Under the pieces are notes generated by a model. The model had not been told where the DNA came from. It searched no databases and saw only the letters and a list, made by a program, of their open reading frames with translations. A stretch of 63,939 bases of DNA, filler included, from Octopus bimaculoides (Eukaryota): the NCBI RefSeq assembly GCF_001194135.2. It is 5 parts of 4 records of this genome, joined end to end, with 100 filler letters (N's around TTAATTAATTAA, not from the genome) between each part and the next. Parts side by side here need not be neighbours in the genome. Positions count along the whole stretch, not along the records: positions 18,976 to 36,758 come from NC_068981.1; 4 more parts are not named here. One strand, written 5' to 3'. Shown in pieces: positions 25,813 through 35,384 of this stretch; within the stretch, counting starts at the first letter, position 1, and every line of letters begins with the position of its first letter. The translations under genes were made by a program, and so were the position numbers.

Positions 25813-28800
25813 TATCATCATCATCGTAATACTTGTTGCTGACATGAAGTGGGATGACAAGGAGGACAGGATCAGAAGCAAGAGGAAGCAATGTCTTGTC
25901 AAGAAGTGGGGTATTTGAACAGCCTCTTTCTTCACTGGGGCCTCAAGCACGACAGATATGTTTTGAGGAGTAGTCATCTTTTCTGGACCAGAAGCTTGGG
26001 TAGAGTGTATGTGAGGATATGACTGCTAAATTTTGTTGGTTCTCCTGACCCAAAGTTTGGAATATACTTTTAGTTGAGATGGCACTAAAATATCTGATTT
26101 TTTCTAATTTTAAAGGTTGTTCTGACTGGACCATTTTTTAGGAATGAAGGTTCCCACAAAATATGTCTGCATGTAACAGTGGTAGTAGAATACCTTGTAA
26201 TGAAATAATTATAATTTCAGATAGATACAAATAATTGACAATGATCAGAAGGCTTAACAGAACAATAATAATTTATTGTAAGAGGAATTGGTGACAGAAT
26301 TAAATAGAAACTTGCTTGCCAGTGTATGGTGTATAGCATTCAGTGATAAGGTAAAACAGTGTCCTAAGTTAGTTATATACACTTTTAAAATCCTGGACAT
26401 AATTCACAAATCCCCCAAAAGTGTATGCAGAATATTAAAGACATAACAGTTACGGTTACGGCATAAAGTAAAAAATGTGGAACATGATAAATGTTCAAAT
26501 AGTCCATAAACAGTTATTAAGTTCTAGAATGTTCTTCCATTAGATATTTTCCACATGGGGTTGAGTTGAGACAGAAACATGACAATATCTTTCTCGCTTG
26601 GATGCCTGGCTTGAACTGACTAAGACTTTCCCTTGATAAGCAGCAGTGTGTATCTATGTACAAGGTAAAGTATTTGGTTGAACTAACCAGATCATGCATG
26701 AGGCACCTTTCTGTCCCTCAATACTACTCCCCCCAGTTAAGGGGTCTTGTCCTGTAAGATGCTTGGTGACCTCACTGTTACTGATGCCAGGTAAAAAGTA
26801 CCCAGTACACTTTGTAAAGTGGTTGATGTTAGGAAGGGCATCCAGCTGTAGAAACTGTCGAAATGGACAGCAGAACTTGATGTAGACTTCTAACTTGACT
26901 GTTTTGTCAAACTGTCCAACCCATGCCAGCATGGAAAATAGATGATGTTGATGATATATATGTGGCATGTAAAAAGCACCTACTACACTCTTGGAGTGGT
27001 TGACATTAGGAAGGGCATCTAGCTGTAGAAACCATGCCAAATTATATTAAAACCTGGTGCAACTCCCCAGTTTACCAGTTTTCAATCAAACCATCCAACC
27101 CATGCCAGTATGGCAAACAGACATTAAATGATGATAATGATGATGATGATGATGATACATATATAAATATATATATGTATATGAGTGGTTGGCGTTAGGA
27201 AGGGCATCCAGCTGTAGAAACTCTGCCAAATCAGACTGGAGCCTGGTGTTGCCATCCGGTTTCACCAGTCCTCAGTCAAATCGTCCAACCCATGCTAGCA
27301 TGGAAAGCGGACGTTAAACGATGATGATGATGATGATGATGATGATGATATATATATATATAGTAATATACAAAACCATCATGTCAAATTTTCTTACCTT
27401 TCAATGCAATGGGTGTTCAAATGATTTCTTACAACCTGTAAAATTAAACATATATATTCTTTTAAATCAGGAATATAATATAGGGCAAATATTTATTAGA
27501 TGTCCTGCAACTTAACAGAGAGAGGATTTAGGAATGTAATTGTGTATTTTATAAATAGTTTATGTTTCTATAAAGGCAAATGTGTGCCCTTACACGCAAA
27601 CATGTATTCATGCGAAAAACTTACATATGAAAGCTTTACACCCATATTCAAATACCATTGCCTATTTATCTCGTTCCTGTGATTTCATTTGTAGAGCTGT
27701 GATCATTTGTATATCAAAAATACCTGAATCTATAAACATTATGGCAATTCTACTGATTTATTTATCATACACACCTCACAAAACTGTTGTGCTCTATACA
27801 TCATCATCATCATCATCGTTTAACGTCCGCTTTCCATGCTAGCATGGGTTGGACGATTTGACTGAGGACTGGTGAAACCGGATGGCAACACCAGGCTCCA
27901 GTCTGATTTGGCAGAGTTTCTACAGCTGGATGCCCTTCCTAACGCCAACCACTCAGAGAGTGTAGTGGGTGCTTTTACGTGTCACCCGCACGAAAACGGC
28001 CACGCTCGAAATGGTGTCTTTTATGTGCCACCCGCACACCATATAAATCATTACTCCACTTTGATAACCATTTGCAAACACCATTCATACTATTTTATAT
28101 GATTTGAGAGTTTGTAATCCAGTACCTTATTTGGTCAAATATTTTACTTCTGTATGAATATAATATAAATATCACATCCATCAAATCAACTTCATCCATA
28201 TATAAATACTGCTTGCTTCAGTTATATTTTTATACACTATTCAAATGCTTTGATAATGATCTCACAGTTATATCAACACCATACTTGTTATAAATATTAT
28301 CAAAGCAACAGCAGAATTAATTATTTGCTTCCTCCAAATTCCCTGTATGTAGGCAAGAGAACCTTTCCTTTAAATAGTTCTATCAATTAAACAAAAGTTG
28401 GTGTCTGTTATGTATCTCAATGTTAACAAATAAAAATGAATTTCTTTGATCTACAGACCTGCTTCTTGTCACAGAATCTACCAAAATATGGTGATTTGCA
28501 CTGGCACTGATTTTGAATACAATTCCCATGTCCATTGCACAGTTGCTGCAAGAAAAATATTGCATTTAATAATTTATTGAAGACTAAAGATGTGATTATT
28601 AACAAAGGATCATGATTGTGAATCATTATAAAGAAAATTAGAAAGAGTAATAAAAATGAGGATGATAGTAATGATGGTGGAGCGGCACAAATATTAATTC
28701 CTTAATGTATGTAGTGTGACCATCTGATGATGAATCAACTCCTAAGTCCATTACCTGAGACCACCCCAGGTTTTATGTTACAGGTGTTCTGTTTCAAAGT

Positions 28801-31450
28801 TATGAAGTAGCATCAAAAAATTCCCAGACTAGTTTGTAGTACACCGACAGATGGCAGCACATGGTTGTGTGTGCAGTGAGAGGTAGCAGTGACTTTCATA
28901 AGGCAGTGTGCCAAGTGCCATTGCTGTGTTTACTTTGCAAGTTTCTCATTTTTTTCCTTTGTCATTTCAGCTCAGAGCTGTGGCCATGCTGATGTATGCT
29001 GTAGTCTGTAATTTTGTCACAGACAGGAACAAAGAGCAAACGTAAAATTTTGCATTAAACTTGGGAAGTCTGCTACAAAGACATTGAGCATGCTTCAGAA
29101 AGCTTACAACAATGAGGCATTGGGTTGTATGCAATGTTTCAAATGGAACAGATGCTTCAAAAGCAGGAGGCCATCTCTGGAAGACAATGAGTGATCTGGA
29201 AGACATGCCACAAGCATCACCCCTGGATATGTGGTATTGTGCATTGAGAATTCATCCCCCAGGGTCAGACCATCAATCGAGAGCTCTACTGTGACATTAT
29301 GAAGCATTTGAGAAAGGACATTTGGTGAAAGCTACTGGATCTGTGGAGTCTGAAGAATTGGATTCTTCACAATGACAATGCACTCTATCACCAAGCTCTC
29401 CTTACTCATGAGTTTCTTGCCAACAACAACATGGTATTGCTTCTACACCTGCCCTAATTGAAAGATTTAGCACTTGCAGACTTCCATGTCTTCCCCAAGA
29501 TGAAAATGCAGTTCAATGGTTGTTGTTTTAACACTGTTGTCAAGATCCAATGTGAATTGCAGAAGATCTTAGACCCACCTATAAAAAACAACTTCCACAA
29601 AAGTAGCAGAAATGCTGGGACTGGTGTATTGCTGTGCAAGATGACTATTTGAAAGGAGATGATGTTAAAACTCAGGTAATAAGTTATTTTTTATTGAACA
29701 TCATTAGTCCTGGAACTTTTTGATACCACCCTGTATCTACACCATTCAAATCTTCTATGATTCTCAAAATTCACCAACACCATACCTGATGTTCCTTTCT
29801 TTTTTCTTCTTTTTTAATGACTCATTCACTGTTCACTTTCCTGTCTTTTGTGCATTATTTTATGTACTGTACATGCCCTTTTGACTATTTTTTCTGAGCA
29901 GTTGTAGTGCATATGGGTACTGTATGCAATAAATTCATTATTATTATTTAAAACTTTCATCAAAATTTCATCTTAATTTATGCTCCAAACACCAGAAGGT
30001 TTATAACAACAGTTATTTCACTAAATTCTGTATTATTTTCAACATTAATTTAATGGAAATCATATTCAAAAGAAATATGGTAACAAAAAGGTTAACAGCA
30101 ACAAAAATTTCTTAGCTTCTTTCTAGCAATCTGTGCCTTCTCATAAATAACTGGAGATAGCTAAGACTGGGATTTGTGAGAAGAAATCTGAACTGATTTC
30201 TGTAAATAACAAGAACAACTTAAGCCATGTGAAACATCCTTGATTAAGGCAACAAAGTTTCCTGTTGGATAAGATCAGTTGATGGAAGCTGAAGACAAGA
30301 AAAGGTAGCCTGAAGCAATGATATTACCGCAGTTTAGTAAATAAAGACAAGGAAATATAATTATGATAATGATGATAGTGACAATGAGGTGAAAAATAAA
30401 AATATTGGAAAAAACTTCAGAAACTGGAAAATAACAACAATATTATCATATAATCTCTCTCTTTATAGTATCATCTTCTCTCTGCTTTGTAATGTACAGA
30501 AACAGAAAATTAGAAGAATAAGTGGTGTGTCTTCTAATTATGTCAGCTCTGTGAAGGTACATGGCCTAAAGTCTGAGATAATGGGCTCACTATTACAGAT
30601 CTTGAGCATAGTCTGTGAACCAAACAGTGCATTGTGTTCTTAAACCAGGCACTTTATATTGCTCCAGTCTACTTAACAGAAGAATGAGCACCAACCAAGT
30701 GTTAGTGTAACCTCTTCCCTACTATTCAACTGTCACATTCTGGAAGTTGTACAGGGTCAGGGTGGAAGGTCTAAGAGAGTGTCAGTGTCTGCACATAAAT
30801 ACATAACTGCTTGGCTGTGTAGTAAGAAGCTTGATTTCCAACCATATGGTTCTAGGTTCAGTCCCACTGTGTGGCACCTTGGAGAAGTGTCTTCTACTAT
30901 AGCCTTGGGCTGACCAAAGGTTTGTGAGTGCATTTGGTAGACAGAAACTGAAAGAAGCCCACTGTGTGTGTGTGTGTGTGTCTTTGTGCCTGTTTGTCCT
31001 CCACCACTGCTTGACAACAGTTGTAGGTGTGTTTATGTTCCTGTAGCTTAGCAGTTTGGCAAAAGTGACTGATAGAATAAGTACCAGGCTTAAAAAAATA
31101 TAAGTAAACTCTTCAAGGTAATGCCCCAGTATGGCCTCAGTCCAATGACTGAAAGAAGTAAACGATAAAAGAAAAAGATACATGCTATCAGATCATCCTC
31201 TATTACTGATGATAGCTGTTATTCTTTTATTCTTTTACTTGTTTCAGTCATTTGACTGCGGTCATGCTGGAGCACCACTTTGAAGGACTTTAAGTCAAAC
31301 AAATTGATCTGAGGACTTATATCTTAAGCCTAGTACTTATCTATTAGTCGCTTTTTCTGAACTGCTAAGTTTTGGGAACGTAAACACAACAGCCCTGGTT
31401 GTCAAGTATTGATGGGGTGACAAACACAGACACAAAGACACACACACAAA

Positions 31451-31489
<39 letters not shown>

Positions 31490-34435
31490 ACAAACACACA
31501 CACACACACTCACACACATATAGATATCCAATGAGCTTCTTTCAGTTTCCATCTACCAAATCTACTCACAAGGCTTTGGTCAGCCCAAGGCTATAGTGGA
31601 AGACACTTGCCCAAGGTGCCACGCAAACATCAGCTACTTAATAAAAGATACTTATAACAGATACTACTAACGATAAATACTTTACACTCTTATTATAGAT
31701 ATAAGATTTAAATTAAATTATTAATAAAATAGATGTAAGAAAGACGACAGAATTCTGCTTAAAACATGCTATAACTTTTTTATTTTTTGGAATCTTTAGA
31801 AAATTTTTGCAAATTTTATTCGGAAATTCACACAACTATGAGGAAAAAATTTATTTTTTTTAATCACAGTTTAAAACACAATCAGTCTGAATTTTTCACT
31901 TAAATCCCAGCAATAGGCCATTAAATGTGTTTATGGATAGAAAGATATTGAAAAACATCAATATGTCAGGCAAACAAATGAACAAGAAGGGTATGAGGTG
32001 GTCATGAGATGTATTAAAAGTAACAGCTACATAGCCCTTAAATCATGCATCAAAATTTAGTTGTTTTTTTTTGTTTTTTTTTTTGCATGATTGTATGAAC
32101 TCCCATGTGTAGAACACAATTTCATGAAAATTTTCTAAAAATTCCAAAAAATAAAATAGTTATGAAGGATTATATAATGTGCATAAACCAGAATTCTACC
32201 AGAAAGATTACCTTTAAGAAAACCTACTTACTCCATTTGGTGAAAGACATTTCTTATTGCTTTGATCAGCTTCACATGCTTCTCCACTATATTGCTGTTG
32301 GCATGAGCATTTACCACATACACAGGAGCCATGGCTAATACCTAGAAAATAAAATCTTAACATTTGACATTATATTCAATATATGCACTGTTAATTACAT
32401 ATCTATTTCTCCATATATTTAAAATCTGCTATCATCAGTCTTTCATCACACTTTCTGTTACAAGTTTACATGCATGGATGACTATAAAAATGTAAGCCAA
32501 AGAATGTTTTCTTTTTACATACAATACAGTAAGATATATATAAATTTATATGATAAATATATATATATATACACGTGTATAAGGGATGACCACTAGGTGG
32601 ACATCCAATATGCTAGAAAGAGGTCATCAACGACCTAACCACAAAAAAATAAATAATGTTCTCCAGAAAAAATTTCGCAAAACACCAGAACATTATTTTT
32701 CTTGACCCTCATTTCTAGCTTCATCATTTGGTTACTTCATAGAAACAATCATTTTTCTTTCTAAGCCAGTTTGCATGTCCTGCCTCATCCTCTATTTCCA
32801 AGAGAACTCCCACTGCTATACTATTAGCACCATGCCACACAACACCCTTCTCTGATGAAGGCTTATACCAATTTCCTCTCACTAGATCTTATCTCCCAGC
32901 TCAATCCCTCTGCTCTCCTCTACACATAGTTACATGCAGTTTGGAGCCACCTAGCCATAGGGTGATGCACCACCAGTTGGTTGCACTTTGAAAACAGCTC
33001 TTGGTGACTCAGATTGATGGACAGAAGAATGAATTAAGAGATGGGTAGGCAGATAGACAGACACACAGATAGACCAACAGATAGACAAATTGACAGACTG
33101 TCAGACAGACAGATAGATAGACAAACTGATGGGCAAAGAGATAGGTAGATGAATAGATAGACAGAAAGAGAAAGCAAGACTATTTATAGGGTTTGTCAAT
33201 GCAAGAAGTTAAAGGTAGTTGTCATTAAGATTTGAGTAAATTTATATTGAATCAGAATTAATAGACATTGTTACCACATTATGTACCTCCACAAATCTTT
33301 CTATTTGAAGTAGGGCAGCTGGTATCATCACACTCACAGTACAATCCCCGGTAGAGTTGATTGGTTTTCTGAAGTTTAATACAAAATATATTAAGTTTAA
33401 CAAAAAAAAAAGTTCTTTTAATAGCATTCAGAAATATCAATTTTCTGTGTGTATCTCTGCAAAATCTAGGAAAAAAAACATTTACTAAATCTTCTCGCAT
33501 ACAAGTTCACATAGTATATAGTGTGAACATGTAAGATAAACATTCAAATGTCAATATTTTTCCAAATCCTATTGCATTTTACATGGAATTTTTGATCCTC
33601 CAAAGTTGTCTTGATGTATAAGTTAACCCACTTTTTTAGGCTCTAAATTTTGGTCTGAAAACTTCGACTTTTATTTTAGAAAATATAGTAAAAAGGTATG
33701 ACAGCAAAAAGTTATACAAGATTGTATGAACAAATTCTAGAAGTTCATCACTTCCTAGTTAAAGATAACAGTCTAAATGGGATTAGTAACCAAAGTATAT
33801 TTTCACGTATTGTTGGCTACACCATTGTAATACCAAAACAAAACATAAGTACTTCAAGTATTTTCTGCTATAACCCAGGGCCAACCAAAGGCAATAAATG
33901 CAAGCACATTGCTTAATGGTTAGGGTATTTAGCACATGATTGTAAAGATATGAGTTCAATACCCAATAGCGTGTTGTATCCTTGAGCAAGACGCTTTATA
34001 ACTTGTTGCTCCAGGCAAAATGAGTTGTGGCTGTAATTCTAAGGGCCAGCCTTGTCACATTCTGTGTCATGCTGAACCTCCCTGAGAACAATGTTAAGAA
34101 TATGCATGTCAGCAGAGTGCTCAATCACTTTCACATTAATTTCATGAGCAGGCTGTTTCATTGATAAGGAGATCAAGTAAGTTCACAAGAACATGAGGTG
34201 AGTGACAGATGGGTAGAGATAGGGAATATAGTGATATTAGTGAGGCAACGAACAACAAACAGGGGAGGATGTATGGTCAATGGTGAATATCAGTTTGGAG
34301 GAAGGCGAAGGAAATAGGAGTGGCTCAGGGAGGAGGAAGTGATGACTGGCAATACAAAATGTGATGTGGAGAGTAGTGTGCAGAGAGAAAGAGGGAGAAG
34401 TGCTCAGTGACGAGGCCAGAGATCAGAGGTAAGAA

Positions 34436-34478
<43 letters not shown>

Positions 34479-35384
34479 AGAGTGATAAACAAGGGTGGGT
34501 GGAACATCAATGGCTGATATGAGATAGTGTTCAACAGTGGTAAGGGAAGGTGTTGAGAATGTAAAGAGGCTCTTAGGAAAGGAAAAACTGGTAGGACAAA
34601 AGTGTAAAGGATGAAATGTATGTATAATGTGTGAGGGAGAGGGAAAGAGAGTGTAGAAAATTCTCATCTCATCTCATCTTTTCTACTCGCTTATTTTTGG
34701 GAGGGTCGTGGGAGCAAAGCCTTCCATTGTGTTTTGTCAGAAGCAACTGTCCCCAATTGATCTGGCTGGATCCTCAAGTGAAACCAATCACAAGCCCAAG
34801 AATGTTATCCAACCATCTTGCTCGTGGTTAACTCCTGAATATTCTGCTGGTTGGTTTTGCCTGTAAAACCTATCCTATGATTCTTTCCTGAGACATTCTT
34901 ACCACTTGTCCATAGTATCAGAGCTGTGATCCCTGAATTTGAAGAATTAGCAATTCTACTTGGAGAGACTCCCTGATCTCTAAGTTATGCACTCTGTCAA
35001 GTAACATTACTCCAAAGACCCTTTGGAGGAACCCTATTTCAGTCAATTGCATTCACGATCATATTCTTCCAATCATTACAAAAGATGCATGATCATAGGT
35101 AAATGTAGGTAGTTAGCTATTGTTGAAGATAGCAGGTTTGGCTTTTACACCTACCTGCTGTCTTCCAATGACTAAACATCGAAGTTGGTGCATTACTGCG
35201 CCAGCTCCTAATAGCAAATTAATTTTTAAAATAGCAAATGATAATAAAAAGTGTTATACAAATTGCTTTATCAAATTTTAATTTCTTTATAATTAATAGG
35301 AAACTGGTACTTACTGGTATTTTATTGCAGTGGCAATAACCTTGAACACATTTTCCTTGATTTGAACAGATTTCAGTTGTACCA
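19944..35384 (-). CDS. Integrin-beta-type EGF (I-EGF) repeat protein, partial at both ends, 7 exons: complement(join(35315..35384,33287..33368,32232..32341,28459..28545,27398..27435,22451..22520,19944..20025))
   Basis: The phase-compatible GT-AG chain gives GTTEICSNQGKCVQGYCHCNKIP-KTNQLYRGLYCECDDTSCPTSNRKICG-GISHGSCVCGKCSCQQQYSGEACEADQSNKKCLSPNG-QLCNGHGNCIQNQCQCKSPYFGRFCDKKQ-VVRNHLNTHCIE-SNSSVICSNRGRCSRGFCRCNKIP-RTNQVYTGKYCECDDTNCPTSNGKICG. The GxxCECDD and CxCGxCxC motifs are those of the integrin beta stalk and ITGBL1. Whether it is an integrin beta or an ITGBL1-like protein cannot be decided here. Confidence 0.88.
20864..21182 (+). mobile_element. RTE 3' UTR repeat, young copy
   Basis: Near-identical to 3646-3890, (GAT)n tail. 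Confidence 0.88.
21183..21670 (+). mobile_element. SINE family 1 3' half with a nested SINE family 2 (about 21332-21540)
   Basis: Family 1 body breaks at aagtaccagg and resumes at ataagtaccaggctt. Confidence 0.7.
22451..22520 (-). CDS. I-EGF gene exon A' (SNSSVICSNRGRCSRGFCRCNKIP), paralog of exon A
   Basis: Same 70-nt length and phases as A; tttag/gtatgt. Confidence 0.9.
24640..25080. repeat. About 230-bp direct tandem duplication
   Basis: gaaacttcattg...cagaaagtaa.taatatggaggatactttattgaaaattgagg...gcctgccagaaaacaac occurs twice. Confidence 0.9.
26790..27348 (+). mobile_element. Stack of three RTE 3' UTR repeats (two decayed, one young at 27183-27348)
   Basis: Three successive ttaggaagggcatc.agctgtagaaa units, each with a GAT tail. 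Confidence 0.85.
27398..27435 (-). CDS. I-EGF gene 38-nt linker microexon E (VVRNHLNTHCIE)
   Basis: tttacag/gtaaga; phase 0 to 2 joins D to A'; it supplies a Cys giving C-x8-C spacing as in integrin beta I-EGF2. Confidence 0.75.
27799..28037 (-). mobile_element. RTE 3' UTR repeat, young copy, inverted relative to 27183
   Basis: 27799-27954 is the exact reverse complement of 27183-27338. Confidence 0.9.
28459..28545 (-). CDS. I-EGF gene exon D (QLCNGHGNCIQNQCQCKSPYFGRFCDKKQ)
   Basis: ttgcag acceptor; the gtctgt donor is weak but in phase; phase 0 to 0. Confidence 0.85.
28801..29735 (+). mobile_element. Internally deleted mariner element with both TIRs and TA ends
   Basis: TIRs tatgaagtagcatcaaaaaattcccagacta / tagtcctggaactttttgataccaccctgta; decayed EQRANVKFC.KLGKSAT, FIPQGQTIN, LHNDNA, DLALADF.VFPK. 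Confidence 0.88.
30809..31175 (+). mobile_element. SINE family 1, full length
   Basis: tRNA head ggctgtgtagtaagaagcttg...ggttcagtccc, GT tract, family tail. Confidence 0.82.
31221..31625 (-). mobile_element. SINE family 1, near full length, tail-to-tail with the 30809 copy
   Basis: Reverse-complement similarity throughout. Confidence 0.82.
32232..32341 (-). CDS. I-EGF gene exon C (GISHGSCVCGKCSCQQQYSGEACEADQSNKKCLSPNG)
   Basis: ttctag/gtaagt, phase 1 to 0. Confidence 0.93.
33287..33368 (-). CDS. I-EGF gene exon B (KTNQLYRGLYCECDDTSCPTSNRKICG)
   Basis: cttcag/gtacat, phase 0 to 1, CECDD motif. Confidence 0.92.
33905..34150 (+). mobile_element. SINE family 3 (tRNA head plus CORE-like tgtatccttgagcaagac)
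   Basis: Shares head, core and tail with 45941-46690 and the decayed copy at about 25275-25560. Confidence 0.65.
35315..35384 (-). CDS. I-EGF gene exon A (GTTEICSNQGKCVQGYCHCNKIP)
   Basis: ctgcag acceptor, gtaagt donor, phase 2 to 0. Confidence 0.9.

Noticed and set aside
30809-30880. tRNA-like sequences at SINE heads
   Set aside because: They have A/B boxes but no complete cloverleaf and continue into SINE bodies; not tRNA genes.
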